From contig OZ320313.1 of NCBI GenBank assembly GCA_976226885.1, positions 142,476,001 to 142,540,000 of the forward strand: DNA of 64,000 bases. The letters run 5' to 3'. The position numbers and the translations under genes are program-made. Position 1 is the stretch's first letter; each line of letters begins with the position of its first letter. The DNA is from Iphione sp. A-MEVVRFRX5. Its lineage: Eukaryota. The notes beneath the pieces were generated by a model, which was not told where the DNA came from, did no database searches, and saw only the letters and a program-made list of their open reading frames with translations. This document shows, piece after piece, positions 39,201 through 50,927 of the stretch.

Positions 39201-40519
39201 TAGAATATATTGAAATAAAGATTGCATGAATAACCACAAATATACGAAAAAAAAATAGTAATACATCCATATTCGTCACGTCACTCGACACTCCTGCCAT
39301 CAACAAGAAGGGAAAACTCCGTGTGCGAACACAAGTCATTAAGGCAAGATTGAACATCAAGGGCAGTTGAGGGGGTGCGACCAATGCAGAAAACAAGCGT
39401 ATTAAGTTGATGGAATAGGGCGATGAGGCAATACGATACGTTTTATCTCAATCATCATGTGGCGGTGGGAGCAGCTTCATGGACTCAGAGACTAGCACTA
39501 TATTGAAACAGCCCACTGATATTCGCAAAGGTTCATTAAAAAAACAATCGCTTGTGAATGGCAATTGTTGCGTTTTGGAGACTGAATAGTGTACAGGTGT
39601 GCCTTTCTTAACAAAATGCATGTGTTCCTTGAATTCTTTTACATGTGGGAAACTTTGTTAATAGGAGCACATTATTTGAACATAAATTTTCATGATTTTA
39701 ACTTTAAATCTACAAATAAATTGTTTTCCTGTAGATATATATGTTTACAAATGTCCCCTTCTTTTAAGTTAAGTTAATCTTGGGTTGGTAGACACTGGCC
39801 TCAAGCCACAAAGTTCGTTAAATAACAAACTCCGTTTTAAGAGAGCTTCATTATATAGAGAGTTATGTTTGTATTATATGTTGTCTGATTATTTCAAGAG
39901 TATTTTTACATTACTCTCTATCCAAGGTATGTACAAGAATATCAAATATGTACAAGACACCTTGAAAAAGATAGGATATAAGAACACGTATCATACCGTA
40001 GGACATGATCATTATCTTCTTTTATTAAAAAGAAAGAGTGGATTTCATTGAATTTGAAGCGATGCAGAAAGCCCAGTCTGATCTCACAACCGATAAAGGA
40101 ACTTATAAGTGATGCATTGCTAAATTGTCCTTTAACAGAGTAACTTTTCTTTTCATACATCTAAATATGTTTTGTAATACTATATATCAGTACGAACTAC
40201 TTCCATAACTATAAGATGCCCACAAAACTCCACTCTTTCTTGAGAGTATCCATACTGGACTGTATCGAAACTGAGTAAGGTAACTAGTATTTACAATTAA
40301 TTATATATTCCAAATTGGGTGTTTATTTGGATATGGGTATAGGAACCATCCTTGCTGATTGCAGTCACGGTGGCAATATGAACAGGATGGATGACATCGT
40401 GGTCACACTATATGTTTATTATGGAATGTATTTGGTAGCAACAGTCATTCAGATTGAAAATGTACCTGTAAGACAATTATTTTAGTGTGGAGATTGGTTG
40501 CTTCCACCGTCCATCTATC

Positions 40520-40686
40520 ATGGGAAGACATTGTTTAAAATGCAAGAGACAACATGGTGACCCTTTGGGGAAAAACTACCAGTTTATTTCAGAAGGTATT
40601 GGTATTTTTTTCCTGTGATGGAATATCGTGATGTTGATTATAACATTTCTGAAGAAAATCATAATTCGATTGGTAAAGGTGGTTTG

Positions 40687-40723
<37 letters not shown>

Positions 40724-41400
40724 CGATGAGAGCATATGTCCACCATGTTCCGGGCATCGAATGGTGGTGAAAAATCAACAGCGTCAAAGGAAGCAATGAA
40801 TGATCCACTTTCCATGGTGACGGCTGGTGTTGATTCTTTAAGTTAAGATGAATTTTTCTGTTTCGAGGATTTTGATAGCGACGATAAGACATCATGTGAA
40901 AAGAAGTCACCAGGTAAGAAGAAAGCTTTCAATTCACCAGCAAAAGTTACGAATATTAACTCTTTAGATGAGCTTTTGATTAGTTCCATTAAATTGATAA
41001 AGTGGCACCTGAAGAAGGGAGAGGAGATTTACAGTTACCTCGACCATATTGTGTTTATAGTAAAAAAGCGAGATAAAAATGTCTATAAAGATGGATCATT
41101 CACTGAATACAACAAGGATGTTAGGCTTGATGCAGAGAAAAAAAGGTACTTTTTCCTTCAGATTTGGAGATGATCAACTTATATGTACTCATTTTAGTTT
41201 GACATGATGGTTCAGGTATCAAATAATGGAAGCAGTTCTCATCACAATCCTAAGGCTAAGTGTAGTAGTGAATCAAGTCGTCGTTCTGAAAAGGTCTGTT
41301 ATAGATTTATTAATGGCACTTGTCAGGATAATAATTGCAACTTCAAACATTCCTGTTTAATTTGTGGTTATACAAGTTTCCCATCAAATATGTTTTCTAA
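40520..41400 (+). mobile_element. DIRS/Ngaro-type (tyrosine-recombinase retrotransposon) gag remnant
   Basis: N-terminal MGRHCLKCKRQHGDPLGKNYQ, central YSYLDHIVFIVKK...FTEYNKDVRLDAEK and a C-terminal VCYRFINGTCQDNNCNFKHSCLICG Cys/His finger, in the order typical of Ngaro/DIRS gag. Interrupted by stops and a (TA)n tract. Confidence 0.68.
40689..40720. repeat. (TA)n microsatellite
   Basis: Direct observation. Confidence 0.95.
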
Positions 41401-41599
41401 CTCGTATAATCAATCTTACCACAACACTGTATACATTCTGTGTTTATTCCATGCCAATCTACTGAAATATGATCTCCTACCTCATATAATGTGGCAAGGG
41501 CGAGTGTGACCATCACTTTAAACATGGGTAGATTGTCTTCTCTTTTAAGTGCCACTCATATTGTCCGTTGAAAGCTCATGCTCTAAGGAGAAGAATGGT

Positions 41600-42240
41600 G
41601 CAAAGTATGGCTCTCGGTGTCAATTATTTGTGATTATACAGCCACTTTAAGTATTGCCACCGACTTGTGATTCAAAATGGTGGATGTTTACATTTCAAAC
41701 CTCAAACAGCATGCAGCATAAGAAACATTTCTGCACGGCTAGCAGCATGCAGTATACACACCCTGTACGTGCAGAGGTACGGAACAAAGAAGGCAGTGTG
41801 GTTGCTTACTCATTTTCTAGGTTTTCTAGTGATTTGAGAGTTGATGATTTTAGATGGTCGTCCCGGTTGGAGGATGCCTCTCAAAAGGAGTATTGCCGTT
41901 TCTGCAAATACATGTACTCGGAAGACAAAGAGGAGCCAAGAAGATGTCGATCTAAATTTTTGTAATAAGTATATGTTGGCTTATCCTTGTGATCAGTTGT
42001 AATTTCGGAGGTATTGCGCTTACTTGGGGTCGATATCTGGTGTTATGAAGGCCCAAATTTGGTTGCAAGGGGCCTATCAATGAAAGATTTGTTATTAATT
42101 TTTCAATTTTTAAAGTTTTGTTTTTTTGCAAAAGTTTAAAATTACTTGTTCTGGTGTGCTTTTCTGTTGGAGTTTAGGTGGCTTCGGAGGAAAATATTTG
42201 TGATCCACTGGCAGTGATGGTATTAGAAGGATGTTGATCT
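41600..42240 (+). mobile_element. Possible very decayed tyrosine-recombinase fragment following the gag
   Basis: Weak matches: SIRNISARLAACSIHTLY, RMPLKR and HW.SDGIRR. Low similarity. Confidence 0.33.
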
Positions 42241-42544
42241 ATTATGAGGATAGATTGGTGATTAAGATTTTGAAGTCAAAAATCAATTTGGTACTGTAAG
42301 ACATGGATGAATAAAGATGTGAACACACCAAATTCCAGCTCCAAACTGTTTATTCCTCAGCTAGATCCTCCTTTGTGTAGTCTTCTGAACACAGTATCAG
42401 CCAATCAAATTGTCTATCTCAGCCAATCAGGTCACAGCTCCTCATAGATATACAGTGTCTCCAATTATGAAATGATTTGAACCAATCTGCTCAGAGCCAC
42501 ATGTTTAACAGTAAGTTGACCAATCACCATAGCCATTGCCAAAT

Positions 42545-43125
42545 AAGGGACACAGAGTGCCTATCACTTAACTAAATAAGGAGGCAGAGTAACCATAGCA
42601 AGAACCAAAAGACGAGTGGAATTTTCCATTAAGCTAACAATGTGACTTGAAATTTCCGGCAATGAGGCTTATACACTGTCCAGCTGGCTTGTACACTCAA
42701 TGTCCTCTGTGTTTCCAATGAAAGAATCAATTTTTGGCCATGGACCTTATACACTGCAGGCATTTTCAGGTTACGAGAATTGTCACTCTCACAATACTAA
42801 TCCAAGAGAGTCGGTGTCTATTTGTAGGAATAAAAGATCCTGTCTTTTCTATTGGATGAAATTTTTTTTCTGTGGTTAGGGTCAGTGACTTAGATCCTAT
42901 ACTCTCTTTTATGATAGAGATGTTAACTGTCTCTTTGAGTATGAGAGGGTTCAAGAAAATCTTAAGATTGTTTGCAAGTCTGCCGGTGTTGTAGGTAGGA
43001 TAACCTCTGACACTTTGCGAAGGGGTGGAGCATCTCACATGGCAAGGTTGTGCATACCATTACAATCCATTAAACCTAGATGGAAGCAGAAAAGCAATGC
43101 TGTGTTTTCGTACATTAAACCTTGT
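42545..43125 (+). mobile_element. Tyrosine recombinase pseudogene of a DIRS/Ngaro-type element
   Basis: Catalytic motifs in order: GHRVPIT (RLPIT), FWPWTLYTAGIFRLREL (box I Arg, 42732-42782), DTLRRGGASH (HxxRxG, 43009-43038) and WKQKSNAVFSYIK (catalytic Tyr at 43111). Confidence 0.75.
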
Positions 43126-45289
43126 AATGAACAACTGTAAAAGAAAGATCTTGTAATTTCTTCTTTGGGGTTGACCTGGAATTGTGTATACAACCCCCTA
43201 TTAGTTTGTGATGAGTGATCTATTCAATATGCCAAATAATGTATTTATTTGGATATTGATATAGGAATAGTCCTTTTTTATTTTCGTCACCCTGTCCATA
43301 TAAACATAATGTGTGATGTTGTGGTGACACTGTACTTATTATAGAATGTGTTTGGTAACAACAGTCATTCCGACTGAAAATTTTTTCTTTGTCAATAAAG
43401 CCTGAAATTGTGCGTATAATCCACATTTTGTGTGTGATGAGTTATCTATTCAATATAAATATATATGTCGTTTGTGCCGTTGTTTTGTACATGAAATATA
43501 ACTGGGATGTACTGACAGAGAGCTACTCAGAAAAAAACCCGAAAGGTCCTAATGCCAAAAAAGGCTAACCACAGCTCAAATGAACTACAACTACTGAGCG
43601 ACATTTTGAATTCCATTTGTTGTTAGTTAAAATAAGGATTTCAGTACCTTTGTTAATTGAGATAAAAGAAGATGGAAGAAGCTCATGGATTATATCAGAA
43701 AATAAACTACAGTCGAATGCCTATCTGGGACCACCACGCTGATCAGATTTCAAATAGACTTAGTAGCAAGAATGATAGGAAATCGGTTTAGGGGAGGTCA
43801 AGCTTGGCAATAAACTCCCTTTTTCCCTCTCTCTCTCTGGTTGCGTTTATACCTGTACCCACACCTTAGACAGTCCTTCAGTCATTGTTTGAGGGGATGG
43901 GTCCCCCTGACACCTCTGGTCTCACCTCGGAATGTGAGACCAGGCTGTCGCTTGCAAGCAAGGTGTGTCATACAGTCAACATAGTTCATGTGATGTAATT
44001 TGTAATGTAAAATCACTGAGAGGCGGATAAAATATTTCGAATCTTGAATCTGGATCTAGAATGGTCATAAATCAACATTTTAATACAATAGAAATAACCC
44101 TAGCATGTGTGTTTGCAGGCTGGTTTTGGTCAAAAATTGATTTAGTTAGAAATTGATCACTTTGCATATTGATTATGTACGGAAAGTATTTCTGTTCTGA
44201 CTTTAAATGGTCGGATAATCCAGTTTGGTCAAAAATCGTTAAGGTCAAAAATAGGCATTTGAGTGTAAGTAAGTTAGTCCACACTGATAACTGCTTCGGG
44301 AGGATTACATTAAGGGAAGTGATTGAAGATTAATTAAAACGAGTAAGGCATACGTTCTCCTGAGACTTTCCGCAGTATTCGTCTTAAATTTCAGTAAATA
44401 CAATAACAATGAGGACTATTAAAAAACAGATCTTTTGCTAAATTAGTTTCTTAAATACTATAGTGCATGCTCTGCATCTTAACAAAAACGACTACATAGT
44501 TAATCCGGTTATAGACATTGGCTCTTAAAATATTGGTAAATCAACGGGTCATGTAATTTACTAATTCAAAAAATAGAGATATTTGATACAGGATAGCTAA
44601 AGTAACATCGCTAATAATTTGTCACTTAGGATTAAAAAAATAAAGGTAACTAGATATCTAAGAAGCGGACGTAAAGATAATTGGTACAGTCCAGGTTCCA
44701 TCACAACCAGCAGTATTATGTGGCCTGAAAATCTCAATGCAGTCACAAATAGCTAGAGAGGTTTGTATTTATTTGCCCTCTATCTATTTGCGATTCTATC
44801 TATATCAGTATTTCAGGAGTCTCTGGAAAGACACATCCTCTTTATATTTCAGAGCCTTAGATCCCTTACCCATAACAAGGAGGTCTTGAGCGAAATGCGG
44901 TAAAGATCACAGGATCAAGCATATTCCCGCATACCTCCCGACCAAGATACAAAAAATATTACTGTGGATGTCATCATATAGAATATCTACTTGAAGGTGT
45001 TAGTAAGAAAAGGTTAACAAAGGAAACTTTAGTAAAACGCCACTCTTGCAACACTGGATGCAATAGCTAGGGTATTGGAATCGTGATGGGTTTTACATTA
45101 AATGTTCTCATTCTTTACCGAGAAATGTGCAGGAATAATGAGAGGACTGAAAAAGTGAGGCTTTTCAATAGAGAAGGGTTACTGTAATACAATCTAGAAA
45201 GTTAGGTCCCAAATAGGCTCCTCTTTAGAGAACGTATTCTTTTTTTAGTAAAAGAAGGTTTGTATGAAAGTAGTATACACAATACTATA

Positions 45290-45640
45290 CAACAGACCTC
45301 ACTCCATCTGCCTTGGCATATCGGCATACAATTTATATATGCTGGAGATCAAAACCGTCTTGTATACAGTACTATCGGGAAGATAACGGTCGCTCCCGTG
45401 CCTGCTTTGACCTCCGTCAGTACTTGCTGAATGGAACATGGCCGTATTTACTGGGATACTGCATACAAATGCTTATGCTTTGCTTTGGATGTAAGGAGAG
45501 GACATTTCCAAAATTACCAGGGTTAAAGCTGCATAGCTTTATAGGTGCAATAGCCTCATGCTGAGAGAGTCAGTCACGTGTAATGTTGAGAGAGCCAGTT
45601 AAGTGTAGTTTAGGTTTCAACAACAATGTAGGCAAACCAC
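45290..45640 (+). mobile_element. Additional tyrosine-recombinase fragment (DIRS/Ngaro-type)
   Basis: WRSK...LRQYL...KLHSF-IGAIAS (cf. HSFRIGAASHA, with one codon lost) at 45526-45561. Confidence 0.45.
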
Positions 45641-47159
45641 CAAGAAGATGCCATGAGAATAAGCAAACATCTTTTAAATAATTTGGGACTCGCAGTAGAG
45701 AGAAACCCTCAGAAACACATGGATACATAGTATATCTTTGGCGTTTTAGGTATTCTTGATGCTGATGAGTTTATTGATACCATAACATGTACACTCGATC
45801 TGAAATTAAGGTAAAAATCCGTTTTCTAGTCAAAAACAACAGCTCTCATAGGACATTATTGTTTTCTGTGGTGTCATGGTTTAATTCTGCTCTCTGAGAA
45901 AAGTATGAGGAAATTCGGGCAATATTTCCGGAAACCATAGAATTTACACTGGATATCGTGATAATACGCCATGATACGCATTAAGCAAACGAATGACCGT
46001 GCGGTTAGGATCGCACGTCTGCAATTAGCCCGTATAGTATCCCAGCCCTGCGTCCTGACTCTCGACTTTCACATTCTAAACAAAACCAACAAAAACCACA
46101 TCCTCCGTATGAGAATAGGTGAAAACTGCCACCCGAAAGGCCCTCAATGATACCGAATGTAAGGATAACGTGAAACTATGCGAACATTGACTAGCAACCC
46201 CTGTACAATCTGTTCATCATGACGTATCATATGTGCACCTACATATTTAGCTATGTAGAAATACGACGATAATGAATGGCTGAAATCATAAATCAAAATG
46301 TCTACATGCACATGTACATATATTTTTTAAATCGGTACAGACTTTTAAAATTATCCTTTGTCTACAAAGTAAGATGCTTTACGTGAAAGGGTATTCAATT
46401 TGTTATATTTTCGTTTTATTTCCATCGTGTATGTTTCGGATATTGACAACACATGTTACGCCGCCAATATTCACACTTGTCATACACAAATCAATAGGGT
46501 AGATAAACAAATCATCCTACGTTGTTGTTTCCAGCACTTCAGTGGTAGTTTCCAAGGCAGCAATTGTCAACATCTTCTTCCCAATTCTTCTTCAGGTACC
46601 TTTGTGATGATTAATGCAATTACTGAATAAGAAATCACATTTTTTTTGACAAATGGCACTTGAGATGGAACACTGAGCATGCAAAGTAGCTGACGAGGAC
46701 CCTTGAAAAACCGCCACATGAACAGTTGGTGGGGAGCACGGATGCTTTTTGAGCAGATCAATGAGTCAAACAATGTGTAACTTGGGCCAGACGGCATGCA
46801 TCTGGTGATGACATATCGGCAAGGCGAGGACAGAGAAAATGAGATAGCATGTCCGATGGACACAGACAGAATGCGCAGTAGATCATCACACAGGCTGAAA
46901 GACTTATAAAGAGTAATTACATGACTGAAGCTATAGTCATACGTTAAATCATCCGCTGTTCTAAGATAGTAAATGAGCCATCCCCATTCATGTGAAGAAT
47001 ACCAGATCCGGCTGCCATAAGGGCGGCCTCTTTAGTAGGACCATAAAAAGCTATTCAACAAGTTCACAGGGTCACCGCCCTTAATGTTAGACATGTCTCT
47101 GAATATATAGACATGCATGCATGCACATACAGTGTATATGGAGGCACGCGTGGATGTAT

Positions 47160-47676
47160 GTATGTAAGTGGGGGCGTGACTGTTACAACTAGATACTTGA
47201 TCATCACGTCATAGCTGCACACAGGCCCATGCGGGACGTATGGCTGGGCGAGTTATCGCTCGCTATTGGTTCCCGGATCGTCAATCGTGCCACGTTTGGG
47301 GGTTGGGGGGTGGATGGATAGGCTGGGGTTGGTTAGTTGGTAGAAAAACTAATTGAGCCGTACTGAGCAGGTCCATGTATACCACACACACATATACACA
47401 CACTCACACACACAACATTGCTGACCCAAACTGGGATCAAGGGCATCGCGCAACAACTTTCGGGAGTGGAGGGGTCTCAACTCGTTTCTATACATCCCGG
47501 AACGTGGACGCATTTGGGGACATATGAAGGAGTACGTGCTGAGGACAAGGACATTACTGCTACCATGATAGTGTTTTAGAGGAGTGAGAGCGGCTGGTAA
47601 AGTTATTACTTCTGCTGGACCAAACCTGTCGCGGTGGTCGCCTACGTCAAGATTCGTCAAGTCTAATGAAAATCCG
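47160..47676 (+). promoter_or_regulatory. Probable innexin promoter plus non-coding 5' exon (TSS not resolved)
   Basis: CpG-rich patch with a GC box (GGGGCGTG 47170), a CRE-like TCACGTCA (47203) and an inverted CCAAT (ATTGG 47265). There is a consensus donor CCG|GTGAGT at 47677 and a matching acceptor tttttattacgcttcgcctccgatAG| at 49296, 5 nt before the innexin ATG. Confidence 0.5.
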
Positions 47677-49301
47677 GTGAGTTTTCTACAAATATCGTTA
47701 TCCATATATAATAATGAAGATTCCTTGATGAGTTAATTGCTGGGCTGTCCCACTTAAGACCTGGTGACATATATGTAATGATCGTTAACAACTTCAGCGA
47801 ACGATGAGCAACTGGCACTTGGCACATGTAGTCACTTAGTTCCATCAAGATATACCATTGGGATGGACATGTACATTTGTACTCGACACACGAAAAACCG
47901 TCTTAAGATTACACAAACAACTATGCCTGTTGAGGTGGGTTGTCCGCATAGAGATCTGCAAAATCAAGTCATTTGGGGGGAAAATTCTGGCTTTGTACCT
48001 AACGCTTACATTATTCCCTTTTTCATCTATCCTAAAGTTCCCAGATACATGTAAATAAAACCCACGGTGTGCATGTATACTCATTTGGATGTGGTAGTCT
48101 TCCACATCATTGCTCAACATTCTGGTGGTCAATACTCCCGCCTGTGCTTATCTTCCCTATATCGTGTTTAACAAATAAGAGGACAGAGAAGTTAGACACA
48201 GATGATTATTATTGCTGGTATGATGTGTCACTATTGCAAAAGGCGACAGCTTGTTTAGTTGATAATTTGCTCTTATACCTCTCCTCTATCGCACATACGA
48301 GCTATCTAATAAACTGTACTAATGTACTACGTATTCTACATTAATGTTTAGAAATGAAGAGAAGGGTATCGTGCTTGCCTGGTTAAGTGAGTTCAGTAGG
48401 GAAGCATTAATATGAAGACTGTCCTCTAGTTGTCTGTTTTGCTCTAAAAATTTGTTTATTTAAGTATATTTTAGCATTTAAGGTGTATTTACACCTAACC
48501 TTTTACGTTATAGAATAAAAAGACCTAAAGACCTTCGCAATGTGCATTGTTGCCAGTTCTGCTTTTAACTAGCTAGAGACATTGGTTTTATTTCACACAT
48601 CCTGCTATGTTCTCTTCTCGGGGAAATTTGGTTGTTTCTGTGTAATCTGTGATTAAAGTAATAGCGAAATTCTATATCCATGGAGAGGAAACAATTAAAT
48701 TGTGAAATACTTAACGATTCTAGTAAAATTTCAAAAGATAATAGGTAAAAAGTCTACAACTGATATAATGCCTTTTATTTAGGATGATGGATTCGATGTG
48801 TCCATTGTAAACCTACATGAACTCCCAATTTTTCTTCATATATATGTTTGTGTATTTGAACTACACGATTAAAAATGACAGTTGTATTTGTAACATGGAG
48901 AGTTTCTATATATATTCATCTGGTCCCCCTCTGCTAAACATTCAAAACAGTTTCAGGAAGTGAGCATTCTGGTAGGAAGTTGAAGATTGACAATCGAAGA
49001 GGACACCTCGCTCATCCAACATTTATATTCCTTATCTACAATACCAGCATTAACAGCAATTTGTGTATCTTATCTCTCAATACTAGTGTAGTTCCTCTTT
49101 CGTTGATCGTACACATAATGTGTGTAGACGAAACACCGGCATCAGTGATAATTTACTCACCCAGGTAGTTTCGTAAGCCAACACATCATACTCATGAAGT
49201 TATGTCACATATTTGCTGCGTAAAATGCTCTGTAATATTGCCATCCATAAGACCCACTATTTATCATAACTTTTTATTACGCTTCGCCTCCGATAGCAAC
49301 C

Positions 49302-49838
49302 ATGCAGAAGCTCTTAGGCGGTCTCTTCGGCTTCAAGGACATCCACTTCCGCAGCGACGATGACTTCGTCGATCGCTTGTCCCGAAAGCACACCACTACA
49401 TTGCTGCTCATGTTCTCGGTGGTGGTCACCACTAAAGTCTACGTCGGCGAGCCCATCAAATGCTGGTGTCCAGCGCACTTCACCGACAGCCACAAGTCGT
49501 ACGCAGATATCATCTGCTGGGTGCAGAACACCTACTACGTTCCTTTCCGCGACCAGGTGCCTCTACCGGAACACCCCAAGAGCTACCTCAATTACTATCA
49601 ATGGGTGCCCATGATCCTGCTTGCCCAGGCAATCTTGTTCTATGCACCCAGCGCCATCTGGAGGGTGATGTGCCGTCGGTCGGGGCTCAACGTGGCGGAA
49701 GTGATGGACGCGGCCATCTCGGGCCAGCGGACGTCGTACGCCGACATCCGGGAGAAGACGACACGCTACATGGTACACCAGATCCGACGTTACCTGGTCA
49801 CGCGCCAGGACCGCCGCCAGAACGGCTGCTGTATGCAG
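49302..49838 (+). CDS. inx: Innexin (invertebrate gap-junction protein), coding exon 1 (aa 1-179)
   Basis: The ORF MQKLLGGLF... carries innexin hallmarks: DDDFVDRLS before TM1, GEPIKCWCP, CWVQNTYY, the YYQWVP signature at TM2 and LFYAPSAIWR. It starts at a good context (caaccATG). A phase-0 donor CAG|GTATAC follows codon 179 (GT at 49839). Codons are GC-rich against an AT-rich background. Confidence 0.97.
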
Positions 49839-50927
49839 GTATACCCCCACACAGATAGCAGATGGCATAGTTCCTCTCACAGCTTGAACAACGTCTGAAT
49901 AGAAATAAGACCACCATGGAAATCAGGCCCGTAGCCAAGAAGTTTTCTGGGGGAGGGGGGGGGGTATCGGACGATACCCCTAATAAACCACAAGTGCAAC
50001 TAATTTTTTTACCCCCATGAAAGTCTTTGGCATTGATGTTCTGGAGGGTATCATAACCCCTTGGCTACGGGCCTGGAAATGGGGGTGGGTGGCCTTGTTT
50101 GTGATGATATCTCGCTACGGGTTGGTTTCAATATATGTATATTTTGGTCTGTTTGAAATAACAGCAAACATTGGACTTCTTTTAACTGCCTAACGCTTGA
50201 AAATTTTCGAAAAACATTTGCCAGAAAACACTACAAAGCTGTCAGTACGAAGTAGTTCTCAAGCATGAAACAAAGACAAACGTGTTAGTTTCTCTAAATC
50301 CGGTCCTTCATTAGGGTCGGTCTTTTTGGAAGCATTACTTGGCATGACTACTAATCTGCAAATGTGTTAAGTGTTAAGGGGAAATCAAGACACAGCGACC
50401 TACGGTATCTTGCTCTTGCAAGACCTTATTACATGTTACTGTTAAAATGAATTCATAACGTTTATCATCGAGTCAGTAAAGAGAATAGATCTTGATTTGC
50501 CATGTGAAAATATCCTTTGTAAAGTGACTTCTTAGACTACTACACACTTCACCGGAAAATGATACACCAGTCCTCTCCCCTTGTGATCAACTCATTTGCG
50601 AATGAGATTGATGAGTGTTAATATATTTCTGTAAACAGGTTGATAATTCATTAATTTCTTTTAAGCATATCCCCTGTGGTAAGAGCTCAGATTTCATCCA
50701 ACTCATGTTAATATGATAAAGAAATAATAAGCACTGTATGCCAATGGTTGAATGAACGAGCGGTGGGAGAGCGAGAAAATTGATGAATAAGCGGTTGTAT
50801 ATGCTTGAGTAACTCAATAAGTGAATTGGGGAAAGGGGGAGGGGGGGGGGGGCTCGAGACACAGCGATATGTGATGGTGCGAAAGGTGTTTATAAACTGT
50901 CCCTCTTCTATCCACCACACCACCCAG
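49839..50927 (+). other. Innexin intron (1089 nt, phase 0, in the cytoplasmic-loop coding region)
   Basis: GT...AG boundaries join the two innexin halves in frame. The sequence is AT-rich and contains a MITE and a G-run. Confidence 0.93.
49924..50075. mobile_element. Non-autonomous DNA transposon (MITE, 152 bp) in the innexin intron
   Basis: Perfect 16-bp TIR CAGGCCCGTAGCCAAG / CTTGGCTACGGGCCTG, flanked by a 5-bp direct repeat GAAAT (49919-49923 and 50076-50080). Confidence 0.88.

Noticed and set aside
49302-49898. 198-aa ORF read as a complete truncated innexin
   Set aside because: The last 19 codons are read-through into the intron; a canonical phase-0 donor at 49839 joins in frame to exon 2.
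50805-50927. N-terminal extension MSNSISELGKGGGGGLETQ... of the 288-aa ORF
   Set aside because: Intronic sequence (poly-G run) upstream of the acceptor at 50927.
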